DNA of 64,000 bases from assembly GCA_951406725.2 (NCBI GenBank), contig OX597820.1, positions 39,370,001 to 39,434,000 on the forward strand. Direction: 5' to 3'. Numbering within the stretch: position 1 is the first letter of the stretch; each line of letters begins with the position of its first letter. The DNA is from Octopus vulgaris (Eukaryota). The notes under the pieces were generated by a model. The model saw only the letters and a program-made list of their open reading frames with translations, ran no database searches and was not told where the DNA came from. This document shows, piece after piece, positions 1 through 12,449 of the stretch. The translations under genes and the position numbers were made by a program.

Positions 1-937
1 ATGTGTGTGTATACGCCCTCGTATGTGTGTTGGGGGTATGTGTTTGAAGTTGGCATTTTGCCATATCCGACTGTCGATATTCTTCTAATAGCTCTAAGTA
101 CATTTGCTGCATGTTCATAAGTGAATAATGAGACCAATTTTAACCCCGATTTGAATGTATTTAAATAATTTCTACTGAATTCATCATATTCATTTTTCTG
201 TCCGTTGTAATGTTTATCTTTATTTAGGAATGTTTGACTCTCAAAAGAATCAAAAGTTTTATCGTACCACCATTAATATTCACTATTCCTTTATATTCCA
301 TTGAACCTACAACCTGAGTTACATCAGTCTCAAGTAGTTTATTCCTAGCAGCCATATTAATAACAAACTTCTATTAGTTATCTCATATAAACTTGTGTTC
401 GATATCCTTGTATCTAGCTATCCCACGTAATTTTCTCACTGTTGAACGATATGAATCATTTTTATAAGAGTTCTTTGACATCTGGGAAACATGCTAGATA
501 TGTATGTATATTTTTAGTCGAAAAATAGACTTCACCTATTCGGAACGAAGTAAAAGAGTTATTTGTTGGGGATTTTATCTAACAAATGAGCAAGAACTCT
601 GCTATTTTATTAATACCACTTGGTTCAAAGGTAATCTGGTTATATGCAGGAGCTAAATCGATCTTTGAAGAAAACTGTAACACCGTGTAAAAATGATGAG
701 AAATCATGAAAGTGGTGAATAGAATATTTATGAAGGCGTTGGCATGACCTTCAGCATGGCTAAAGGAAACTAAAGAACAAAAAGAGCATGAGTTTCTTGG
801 TTTGCATATACTGGTCAATACTTACTGCCAACCAAAATAGGTTTATGAGAAATATACCTTGCATGCTTCAATCCCACATTTTCTCAAATCTACTTCGTAT
901 GTCACTGGAGAAACAAGTATGTCTTTTTTGTACGTGA

Positions 938-968
<31 letters not shown>

Positions 969-1072
969 TGTATGTATGTATGTATGTATGTATGTATGTA
1001 TGTATGTGCTTATGTATGTATGTATGTATGTATGTATGTATGTATGTATGTGCTTATGTATGTATATGTATA
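938..1072. repeat. (TATG)n microsatellite
   Basis: Direct tandem TATG repeats; source of the MYVC-type ORFs. Confidence 0.95.
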
Positions 1073-3049
1073 CATGCGCGTAGAACAGTATGCACTATCA
1101 CAAGAGGTAAGGAAAATTATTTTTTAGCGTTTTGCACGTTAGTTAAAGGGAAATGACATGAGATTGAAAATTTCTTGATGTTATTTTGCAAACTCTGCAT
1201 CTTGAGTTCATATCCTAAGTCTACCTTGCCTTTCGTTCTCTCGGGAACGACGAATTAAATATCAGTCCAGGGCAGAGATGCTTCACATTATCTATTCGAG
1301 ATCACTGTCTTCTGATAGAAACACCTGTGACGACATCGGTGCCAAGCTATGTCGGTTTTGCTTTTATTTTTGATGAGATCATTGGGCTGGAGAGGGAGAG
1401 ACATTCACATATAAGCAACTGTTAGTCTTCCATAAGGAAAAAAACTTTGCCCAGATTTGCATCTTGAAGTGGAACTTTTTCGGCGCAAACGCACAGAGGC
1501 CTCCAGGTTAGAAAACGGTGTCCGTTTATATGTGTGTGTATATATATGTTTACATACTTAAAACATTTCTATGACTGTGTCCTCTCATCTTTTAACTCCC
1601 GTCACTATCTCACATGTTTAACAGTCTCTGATTTGCTCACCTCTATATGCCTTATCTTCCTATCAACACCTGTTTCGCTTGTTATCTTTTCTGCTTTCTT
1701 CGTTGCCCTACCACTACCACTTAACTACTTAAAACATCTTAAAACTACATTTCTTTTGCAGACAAAGATCCCGCACGAAACTCTACAATTCTTTTCTACC
1801 ATAAAATAGAAATATATTCAAATTTTTCGAACTTAATTAAAAACATTTTTCCAGCACAGATCACCACTAATTTAATCGTTAACTTTTTATTATATTTTTA
1901 TGGAAATTTAACAGAGATCATAATTATTATTTTTAAAAAATAGATAACATATTTAAATAAAAATACGAAGTATAAAATAAAAAAAGTTCGAAAATTTATG
2001 GTACTTGTTATTACACATGAGAATTTATATGAAAATTCTTCGATGTTATAGTTATATCGACGGTTCGTTTCGTTTCACTCATTCTCTGATCTTCTCTGAG
2101 ATGCTAATGAAACGAATTATTCAATTGAATTCCAGTCTGATAGCTGATGTAACTTTTTTATTGAAATTTCATTTGAACCATAGAATTAAAAGAAACAGCT
2201 TCAGACTATAGATTTATATAATAGCATAATTGCTATAGAGTCTATGAAATATCGGTTACGCGATGAATATTTAACACAGTTAGCGTGCAACTACACTTTA
2301 ACACTTGCTCATGATTGTAATATCTGTCTTAAAGACCCGACCAATTTTAGGAAACGACTGTTATTGTTGTTTCTGCTGTAGTTGTTTTCAATAACATATA
2401 TTTCCTTGACTGAGTATCCTCTGATTAAAGACATTTTGGCTAACTTGCTATCTTTACATTTTTCTGTCAAATGACTACATTGATTAAAGTATCTTTCGTT
2501 TCTTTACACAGTAGGATATAAATAAAAAAGAATTTTGCTGATATTTTTAGGTCTTTTTCCTGCATAGAAGCTCCTTCCATCGGTGTTGTTTCATCCTTTC
2601 TATGGTAATTTCAAGGTTTCTGAAACCATGGAGATTTTCACTAATGAATTTGATTAATAAGAAGGAAAAGTCGCTGTCAGTAAGAAACACAGACGAGTAA
2701 GTTCGTATCAAATTAATTTTGCGATCCGGCTTCGTGACGCCAATTTGTTTCATTAAGGCTCCTAAAGAGCTAATGAGGAAGCATCTAAGTTGTTTATTAA
2801 TCTGCTAAATTTCCCTCATGTCACACGCTACCGTTTTCTCAATGGAATGACACAGTGGATAACGTAGTTTTAAATGCATTATTCTTGAAAAGGCATGGTC
2901 ACGGATGGAATACACTTGATCAGTAGACAACACAGTAAGGGCTGACATGAGGTTAACAATTAACTTTGCGAGCCACCTGTAAAAACAGTCGTTTTCAATG
3001 GACCTGGGAAGAATACAAATATCAAAATACTTTTGTGCCCAGTTAAATA

Positions 3050-3369
3050 TAAAGAAAAGTAATATATAGACCTTCAGAAACAATATGAACTAAAAAAAAT
3101 AATAATAAATAGACAGTAATTTGTAGGCCTTCAAATGTAATATACAAACCTGCAAAATGTAAAGACAGATCTCCAAAAGTAATGAGTAGGCCTGAAAATG
3201 TACAATATAGATGTCCAAATGTTGTTTGTAGACCTCTAAAACATATACAAGATATCAAAGATAGTAACTTGTAAAAAGGCCCAAAAAATAGTTAGACCAC
3301 CAACGTAACATATAAATCGCCAACGTCGGTAGTATATAGACTTATAAAAAGAATATATAGTGTTCTAAA

Positions 3370-3422
<53 letters not shown>

Positions 3423-3501
3423 TTAATAATAAATATTAAAATCCAAACTTACAGGGAAAAATCAGATTTGGATTGAATCCAATTTTATAGTCTCTAATTT
3501 A

Positions 3502-3566
<65 letters not shown>

Positions 3567-3680
3567 AAAATTTAAAAGGCTGCCAAAAGTAGATCTCGAA
3601 AGGAATATATTACTTTCCAGACCGCCAGAAATAGCGTATACATCTCGAAATGTAGTATATAAAATTTCCAAAATGGTGTG
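3050..3680. repeat. Degenerate ~21-bp minisatellite (approx. AAAAGTAATATATAGACCTCC) interrupted by (TA)n tracts
   Basis: Recurrent aaa(a/t)gtaatatatagacct-like units; the same unit recurs at 7485-7595 and about 8150-8200. Confidence 0.55.
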
Positions 3681-3739
3681 TACATACATACATACATACA
3701 TACATACATACATACATACATACATACATACACACATAC

Positions 3740-4795
3740 ATGATGGCTTCCCCCTCATTATCGAGTATGGCCATTGCACGAAGCTTAACTGTTATTGGTG
3801 CTGTCCCCGAATGTGACTTTTTAGTTCATCTAAAGATCTACAATATCTTGTACAGAATTGGCAGCTAAAACCTTTACCAGCTGTAGTTGTGACTGGGCTT
3901 CATGTACCTTTGCATGTCGTTTAAGTCCTCCTGCCGAATTATACTCTCTTCCACATGCCTGACAGATATGATTAGTATGGTGTGTAACACCACCACAAAT
4001 GGACAGGCCGTCACTCATCTGTCTCGCATTATGACTACGAAGATGACTCTTGAGTTCAGCTTTACTGAGGCAGGGTCTTAGACAGACACTGCATGTCAGC
4101 ATCATAGGAAGTGTAACAGCGATGTCCTTCCTGAAATCCCTCCGTACTTTTTCATGCGCAACTCGAGATTTCTCAAAAATAGCTGTCCCCTCGTGCACAA
4201 TCCTTCTTCACCTGCTACGATCAATAGCTATGCCCTCCCATGTGTCAGGAGAGATACAACCATCTCTTAAGGAAGTCTTTAGCAAGTCCTTATACCTCTT
4301 TTTTGGTTTATAGGAGGTCGTTCTCCTTTAGCTAACTCTCCCTAAAAGAGTTGTTTTGGCATCCTTGAATCCTTCATCCTGGCCAGATGATCACTCCATC
4401 TGAGCTTTTGCTAGAACACAAGAGCTTTTATACTTGCGCACTCAGAGCCTTCCAATATTTCAGGATCACTGATGCGGTCCTCCCACTTAATGCCATAGAT
4501 CCGTCTGAGACACGTCTGATGGAAACGTTCCAGTTGTTTAAGGTGGTATCGATATGTGACCCACCTCTCGCGGGCATAGAGAAGAGAAGGGAGCACACAT
4601 GCCTTGTACACCTTTATCTTTGTCTTTCTGCATATGTCTCGCCGACTCCAGAGGCGCCTTTCTAGCTTTCCGAAAGCCTCACTCGCTTTCCTAATTCTGT
4701 TTGGAATTTCTTCATCCAAATTACTATATCTGTTAACAGTGCTTCCCAGATAGACAAACTGATCAACTACATCAAGTCGTTTACCACACAGATAG
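3740..4795 (-). mobile_element. 5'-truncated RTE-clade LINE 3' end (RT thumb region plus C2H2 zinc fingers), degenerate
   Basis: Minus-strand translation VVDQFVYLGS...IRKASEAFGKL...TKIKVYKACVLPSLLY...ERFHQTCLRRI, then CSVC..HLRSH and CQAC..HAKVH fingers; ends GAAGCCATCAT running into (TATG)n. Confidence 0.85.
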
Positions 4796-4840
4796 ATATA
4801 CACATACATACATACATACATACATACATACATACATACA

Positions 4841-4874
<34 letters not shown>

Positions 4875-4884
4875 CATACATACA

Positions 4885-4916
<32 letters not shown>

Positions 4917-4935
4917 CATACATACACAAACATAC

Positions 4936-4992
<57 letters not shown>

Positions 4993-4993
<1 letters not shown>

Positions 4994-5656
4994 CATTATT
5001 CAGGTTATTTCAAGATTTCTTGCCAATATAGAAAGAACCGGTTTCTAACCTTGATCCAAGGCTCCTTCACTGGAATTTCAAAATCAACAACAGGGTATTG
5101 TGTATGTATGTGTGTGTGTGTATGTATGCATGTGCAGAGTTGTATGTATTCTCATGCATATAGTTGCATATATAAATATTCTCATATATATTTAAACGAT
5201 AAACTTCTGGAAAGTTTTACAGATTTTTACAGTTGCGGTGATGAATTGGATCTGTAGTCTTCGAATTACCTTTCTTCTTTCTGGTTTTTCGATGCCAAAT
5301 TTCTCAAGATTGGTATTTAGACAGTGTCTTACATATCCCAAGGCCCCAATAATTACAGGTATAAACCTGAACTTGTAATCTGGATAGTGTAACTGCAGAT
5401 TTCTCAATAGTTCAACATAAGTGTTCTCTTTTTCACTGATCTTCAGCATTATGTTAACATCTGCTGGGCAGCCAATTTATCTGTTGTGCTTACATTTTAT
5501 TGAGGTCTTCACTAGTACATTCCACCAGTATTCCTTTTTAATATGAGTAGCTATGGCTTCTGCCATATTGTGGGTTCTTATTTCTTTGTCCTCGGGATTA
5601 TCCTTCTGACGGATTTCATTATAGAGTGTCCTAGCTGCAACATCATGTATCATCGG
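4993..5656 (-). mobile_element. R4/Dong-like RLE non-LTR retrotransposon 3' fragment, copy 1
   Basis: PMIHDVAA (RHD-like), WWNV..KHNR, CPADVN..K..EK..Y and IPVIIGALG motifs of restriction-like endonuclease C-termini; PD segment deleted; 3' UTR shared with other copies. Confidence 0.8.
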
Positions 5657-6005
5657 TGTATGTATGTATGTACGTACGTATGTATGTATGTATGTATGTA
5701 TGTATGTATGTATGTATGTATGGATGTATGTATGGATGTATGTATGTATGTATGTATGTATGTGTGTGTATGTATGTATGTATGTATGTATGTATGTGTG
5801 TGTTGTATGTATGTATGTATGCATGTGTGTGTGTATGTATGTATGTATGCATGTATGTATGTATGTATGTATATGTATGTATGTATGCATGTATGTATGT
5901 ATGTATGTATGTATATATGTATGTATGTATGCATGTATGTATGTATGTATGTGTGTGTATGTATGTATGTATGTATGTATGTATGTATGTATGTATGTAT
6001 GTATG

Positions 6006-6035
<30 letters not shown>
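5657..6035. repeat. Long imperfect (TATG)n microsatellite
   Basis: Direct observation. Confidence 0.95.
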
Positions 6036-6036
<1 letters not shown>

Positions 6037-6299
6037 GAGACCATCAGTACACAGTTATTTTGTGAGATCAGATAAATTATTTGTCCTGTAATGGAAGTTG
6101 GAATTCGTTCAAAGAGAGAGTCTATGAGGTTTGTGGTGACATTGTTGGCTTTGTTGTGAAAATGCACTAGGATTGGGTTGACGATAATGATAACGAAATT
6201 GATCTTATCTTAGAGGAGAAGCGAAATGCTGACTTTTCAACAAACAGAACAGCAGCTACACATTTTAAGGCAGTAAAAGCAACAGTGCCAAGAAAGCTG

Positions 6300-7149
6300 A
6301 AGATGATGCAGGAAGTGATAGATGCGGAGAAATCCAGGAAGTTTCAAATGCTTAATGTTCAAAACTTTTTTGCACTTCATCAACGGTTGCTCTACTTCGT
6401 GGCAAAGACGGTACAGAATTATTAACAAACCCTAAAGATATTGTTGGGAGATAGAAAGAGTACCTTGGTGAGTTGCCCAATAGACCCACCAAATTTGATC
6501 TCTCGGTTCTTGATATAATATCTGAAAGACCAACAAAATGTCTTTTAGCGGAGGTTCCGAACCTGGCTGAAATAAAAGCGGCTATCAGGAAATTGAACAA
6601 TGAAAAGGCCCCTGATATGGATAGATTAGATGCAGAGATGTACAAATAAGGTGGTGAACATCTCTGTATAATATTGACAGATGTGATGCAGGGGGGGTGG
6701 CATAGTTCCTCAGGATTGGCGTGATGCGATTATGGAGATACTACATAAATCGAAAGGCGGAAAGGATGTCTGCGATAATTTTCGTGGCATCTGTCTGTTA
6801 ACTGTGGCTGCAAATTTCTTTTGTAAGGTAATCCTGAATAGATTGCTTCTGCACATTACAGATGAGATTCTACCAGAGTCACAATGTGGAGTACTATGGA
6901 TATATTTTCCGCTAGACATTTACAAGAGAAATGCATCGAGCAGGATATGGACTTATACCAAGTTTTATAGATTTGACGAAGTATTTGATTCTGTAAATAG
7001 AGTTGCCTTTGCGAAATCCTGAAAAATTTGTGAGAATGCTAAGGCAATTTCATGACGAGATGCAGGTGCGAGTTAATGTTAGAGGTACCTTGTCAGATCC
7101 AATTTCTATAGAAAATGGTGTAAAATAGGGGGATATTCCTGCTCCTACA
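6300..7149 (+). mobile_element. Degenerate RTE-clade LINE reverse transcriptase N-terminal fragment
   Basis: KAPDMDRLDAEMYK*GG, HKSKGGKDVCDNFRGICLL, ILPESQCG, FDSVNR and GVK*GDIPAPT motifs with stops and frameshifts. Confidence 0.8.
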
Positions 7150-7211
7150 TTGGGGTTAGTAGACTTAAGCGCTCTTAACCTCAAGATTCCGAGTTCGATT
7201 CCAGGCAGTGA

Positions 7212-7304
<93 letters not shown>

Positions 7305-7485
7305 CATCGAAAAATACCTTAGGAATGAGAACCCAGGTTCGAAATTTCCCCAAGACACCTGATGAAGGTTGAGGGTATATCAGCCGAAACGTTCTGTTAA
7401 CAACAAACAGGATGAGGGCATATATCCGTCAAGTGTAAATAATGTGGATAATATACATAATTCCCCATCTCTTAAATATAGAACT
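7150..7485 (+). mobile_element. tRNA-headed short element with (AAT)n linker and hammerhead ribozyme core
   Basis: B-box GAGTTCGATTCC at 7191-7202; inverted tRNA-like 5' piece at 7150-7180; (AAT)n; CTGATGA..GAAA core; related copies at 24320-24685 and 61444-61716. Confidence 0.7.
7354..7398 (+). ncRNA. Minimal type I hammerhead ribozyme motif
   Basis: CTGATGA at 7359-7365; stem II GGTTGA (7367-7372) pairs with TCAGCC (7380-7385); GAAA at 7386-7389; palindromic AACGTT; partial stem I GACA/TGTT. Confidence 0.7.
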
Positions 7486-7623
7486 GAAAAATATATAGAC
7501 ATCTGCAAGGAATATGTAGACCTCCAAAAGGAATATCTAAACTGCAAAAAGTAGTATATACAACTCCAAAAGTAATATATAAACCTATAAAAGGATTACA
7601 ATTTTCACACACACTCTCTCTCC

Positions 7624-7706
<83 letters not shown>

Positions 7707-8524
7707 ACATATATATATATATATATATTATCCGAAGTGTACGGTATCGTATGTCCATTACGGTCGGTCTTACCAATCGATTTGGCGGAGCGTTAGGTAA
7801 CAATCTCATTATGTAACCCTGCGCTTATCAGAGGTAGCTGATAAGGAATGAGATATGGCGACTGCTCTATTTTCCTGGGGGTGAATAGACACTTCCGGTT
7901 TGCATATGCTGTGTAAAATATGAGGGAACGAAACGAGTAGGAGATTGAGTTATGAGCAATGTTCCTTGGTACCAAATCATCGCCACTTGGGTGATTATGT
8001 TGCAAAAGGATAAGAATTTTCTGGAAAAGTTTGGGAGAAATGTGTGTGTCCTTAAGGTTGATGATATATTGGGAAAATAGAATTTCTGTAGTGGTACAAT
8101 ATGTATGACCTTTGCAGGGTGTGTGCCAATTTCAGAGTGAGTGAGGGAGTACTAAAAATAATATATAGACTTTCAAAAGCTACGTATGATCGCCAAATTG
8201 AGGGGAAAATAAAAAAGAACGCATGAAATTTGAACACAAATTAAAATGTCATCTTCTCGGAGGTTTAATAATAAATTTGTCTCTCTAGAAGACACAGATC
8301 CTATTTTCTGGCACTGAAGGGTGATCATTCGGATGAAGTGGCCCTCTAGCGTTAATTACCTGCATTTATTTTAGTGAGGTCTTGAAGCGATCAAAGAGCG
8401 TAATATGTTGCTTGAATACATAATCTTAATAGTTAACAGATATCTTATTTCCACATACTGCTCATGCAATCGTATTCACTGTCCTGGCCACTTCCTGACT
8501 TCAGGAAGACGATGATGCCCATTA

Positions 8525-9313
8525 TTATGGTGATGGTAGCGGTGGTGGTGTTTGTTGGAGATTATGAGTAGGAACAAAATAATGGAGGAAGAAGAGGGCG
8601 GTGATGGGGAGGGGGAATTGAGGGGGGGAGGAAGAGGAGGAGGAGGAAGGAGGAGGAAGAAGAAGAAGAAGAAGAAGAAAGAAAAGAAGAAGAAGAAGAA
8701 GAAGAAGAAAAGGTAGAGGAGAAGGAGGAGGAGGAGGAGGAACCAGAAGAAGAAAAAAAGAAGAAAAGAAGAGATGGTGATGGAGAAGGTGGGGAAAGGG
8801 AAGGAAGGGGAGGAAGAAGTGGTTGAGGAGGATGAGGAGGAAGAAGATGAAGATGAAGGTAAGAAGAAGATGAAGATGAAGGTAAGAAGAAGATAAAGAT
8901 GAAGGTAAGAAGAAGATGAAGATGAAGGTAAGAAGAAGATGAAGATGAAGGTAAGAAGAAGATGACGATGAAGATAAGAAGAAGAGGAAGAGGACGTAGT
9001 GGAGAAGGAAGAAAAAGAGGAGAAAGTGAAGGAAAATGGGGAGGATAAAAGTATTCGTGGTAATGTTGTTAGTGCTGATGGCGATGGTGTTGTTGGTGTT
9101 GGAGAAATGGTAGGCGTAGTGTTGCGTATGCAACGGTATCGGCGGTGGTGGTGGTAATGGTGGCAGTGGTGGCGATGGTGGATGGTGGCGGTGGTGGTGG
9201 TAGTGGTGATGGTGATGTTGTTGGCGTCCTTAATGCTGGTGTGTAATTTTGGGTTTGGTGGTTCTAGTGATGTTAGCATGCGGAATGCTACTGGTAGCGG
9301 CAATGGTATAGTG

Positions 9314-9359
<46 letters not shown>

Positions 9360-9445
9360 AGGCGGTGTTGGTGGTGGTGGTGGTGGTGGTGGTGGTGGTG
9401 GTGGTGGTGGTGGTGGTGGTGGCGGTGGCGGTGGTGGTAGATAGT
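8525..9445. repeat. Compound purine-rich trinucleotide low-complexity tract (GAA/GGA/GAT/GTA/GGT)
   Basis: Direct observation; includes about six copies of a 23-bp unit GAAGATGAAGATGAAGGTAAGAA at about 8843-8980. Confidence 0.9.
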
Positions 9446-9864
9446 GGGGAGAATTAATGTGTGATAAGTGTCGGTGTCGAGTTTTATGACGATGACGAGT
9501 TTCGTGTATTTACAAGGAAATATCGATCAATAAAAATAAGAAGACAGTCTCGCTAGCTAATTGCTTACCACTAAGATATAAATAGAGGTAATTTGATAAT
9601 TGCATTATCTCACTGACTTATATTGTCTGTACACCAAATCTTGTTTCCAAGATTCAACGAAATAGACGTCATATATTACAAACTCAACGTCTGATTTCAC
9701 TAATTAACCTCCATTTCCTTCACTTCTTTGCTTTCTTGCTTTATTCATATTTCTGAAGAGGGTTGTGTTGATGCTTGTGTTGGTTGTCGATGCTGTTGTT
9801 GTTTTCTTTTAATTTTTTTCTGCAAATGACTCATGTTTTGCTTAAATATATATAATTTTGTTTC

Positions 9865-9899
<35 letters not shown>

Positions 9900-9903
<4 letters not shown>

Positions 9904-10530
9904 TTGAAATACCCGACGTTGCCCGAGTTACTGATTCAGGGAATTAACAGTAACATAGCAAAGCTCATTATCTAACTTATAGTAAATCTTTTCGAAAACA
10001 ATCACTCAGCGAAATTTGGAACTAAGAACAGTTTGTAGACTTACAGGATCCCTATTGATCGTTTTTTTTTTTTTTACGATCCCTTTTGATCGAAAACCTA
10101 CTCCCCCCCCCCTTTTTTTGTTCTCCCCAAAAAGTAAAGCTCTACTTTGTAATGTGTTCCCTCTGTGTTCAGCGCTGTATGGCTATTAAAGAAACGTATT
10201 TTTGTATTTTAAGAATAAATTATTGTTTGATATCCAAATTCCAAACATCTGCAAGTTAATTCTGTAAAAATTTGTACAGAAATTCAAATCCTTTGAATCC
10301 CTTTACAGTTTCTGCTTGAACGTAATTCTTACCCAAACTCAAAATTGTAATCCTAAGTACTAGCATGAAACCCTAACGTTAAATGCTAACCCTCAGTAGG
10401 GTGAACGAGAGGGAGAAAGACAGAGAGAGCAGAGCGAAAAGAGCGTGATATGGAAGATACACAGGTAGAGGCAGAGAGAAAGGGAAGGATGAAAAAAAGA
10501 ATGAGTTTAGCTTAATCACAGATATAGTTG
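9900..10530 (-). mobile_element. Probable non-autonomous Helitron remnant
   Basis: Minus strand ends CTCGGGCAACGTCGGG (hairpin)-TATTTCAACTAC, similar to the 3' ends at 39226 and 41481; 5' boundary uncertain. Confidence 0.45.
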
Positions 10531-11417
10531 TTGTAGGATTAAGTTACTTCCATCCATATACTTCCATCCACATACTTCCATATGCGTATACATGTTAATA
10601 GAGCAAACCTTTGATCTAAATCACCCCTTTTCTTAAATGTGACACGTATGGCACACACACATACACACAGACAGATACGCACGCACACACACACACACAC
10701 ACACACAAACAGAAACACTATTTTCATTAGTTATCGTCTGTCTGGTACGATTTGGTTTTGTAAACTTATTGAAAGCACGCGTGTGTATCCCTGAATGACA
10801 GCTGTATTAACGTTATCATCTCACTGCCACTCCATATTTGTCGCTTACACAATTCCGTCAGCCCTTCTCTGATTTCTCACTCTCCCTATACCACCTCATT
10901 TCCTTCATACTAACACTCTTGCACCCTTCTCATTTTATCCAAAAATAGTCTACCCCACCATTACAAGACCGGACTCTTGTTACTTCCGAATTCACGGTAC
11001 CATTCCGCCTTCTTTATGTTCCCAAATTCACACAATTTTCGCAGTCAGTTCAAAACCATCCGCTGTTCGCATTAACCGCCGAAACTAACTTCACACTCTA
11101 AACCAAATAATGTGTCAACTGTTCCATACGAAACTTCCCGGCACCATCGCTCACATTAACTGCATGGCATCGACTACTATATAAAACCGTTTACATCAGC
11201 TTCCAGCACATCAAACATCAATGTCGCACGTCGTCTTCTAGTCCGAACTTCGAACTACCTGTTCACATTAGCTTCCAGCGCGAACTAACTCACCACGTAG
11301 GCAAATAGTCTTTATACTTCGCCCTGACCGTAAAGGCGTGCCAATATCATACACCCTACGCTTTAAACAGTCAGGTGACCAAAAAGACTAATTTTTCGTT
11401 TGTAGCAATATATATAC

Positions 11418-11589
11418 ATGTGGCTGTGTATTAAGTAGCTTGCTTACCAACCACATTGTTCCGGATTCAGTACCACTGCGTGACACCTTGGGCTAGTGTC
11501 TTCTACTATAGCCTCCAGCTGACCAAAGCCTTGTGAGTGGCTTTGGTAGACTGAAACTGAAAGAAGTCCGTCGTATGTGTGTGTGTGTA

Positions 11590-11620
<31 letters not shown>

Positions 11621-11662
11621 GTTTGTCCTCGACCATCGCTTGACAACCGATGTTAGTGTGTT
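11418..11662 (+). mobile_element. tRNA-derived SINE family B (partial)
   Basis: TGGCTGTG..TAAGTAGCTTGC head and ACCTTGGGC.AGTGTCTTCTACTATAGCC body shared with other copies. Confidence 0.8.
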
Positions 11663-12084
11663 TTTTAAATGGATGTTTTACAAATAATTATATACCCTGG
11701 GTATTTAGACTCTGTCCTTCTTTATAAGCTATGTTTCATTTAAGTTTTTTTTTTCTTCTATTTTATAATAAGGTAATTTTATACCGAAATTTGTTCATTG
11801 CATGCAACCTGTCAAATTACTGAAACAAGTAAAATATAGAAGATATATACATAGTACACTGTCTTGACTTCTGAAGTACAAAGAAAGATAGATAACGTGA
11901 TGTTGTGATGGGGAGGTGAAGAAATTCGCTTCGAAACTTGATGGTTTCGAGTTTGATGCCTCTGCGCGCCACCTAGATATGTATTTTCTAATAGAGTCTG
12001 ACAACGCTCATTTCTAGTTTCCTTCCGCTTATCTGAGGTTGATTCATATTGCCCCACTAGGGTTAGCCTGAACTTAGTTTCATT

Positions 12085-12120
<36 letters not shown>

Positions 12121-12449
12121 AGATGTAGTTGCTGCTTCTGCTGCTGTTTGCCACTGCTGCTTGCCGCTACACTGCTGCTACTCACTAATTATGCCAAGCA
12201 TAAATTGTTAAAAATATATGTCTTGAGGGCTATGATGAAATTACCTCCTAGCAACCATCCAGAGGTACATTCAAATCGATTTCATTAAACGTCCTTGCAC
12301 TCTGGGCACGCTTTCAAGCTACTGGGAAATAAGGTGGGGTTTTTGTGGGGATGGGCTGGAAATTGCTACACCATATCACGCGAAGCCTTTTGATTAAAAT
12401 TTATTTAATGGAAGTTATATAAAAGACCATTCGATTGATGAAGGTCATT

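Noticed and set aside
859-1156. [20 protein letters not shown]-type ORFs throughout the window
   Set aside because: Translations of stop-free microsatellites, not genes.
2600-2830. Possible conserved enhancer rich in TAAT motifs
   Set aside because: TAAT is frequent in AT-rich DNA and cannot be supported without conservation data.
3830-4198. Host C2H2 zinc-finger gene
   Set aside because: The fingers are the C-terminus of the adjacent RTE ORF2 and are followed by the LINE 3' end.
7171-7202. tRNA-Lys(CTT) gene suggested by CTCTTAA
   Set aside because: The apparent anticodon loop is created by an inversion junction; no complete cloverleaf.
8476-9457. 275-aa and 202-aa ORFs
   Set aside because: Products of trinucleotide low-complexity sequence with no domain signal.
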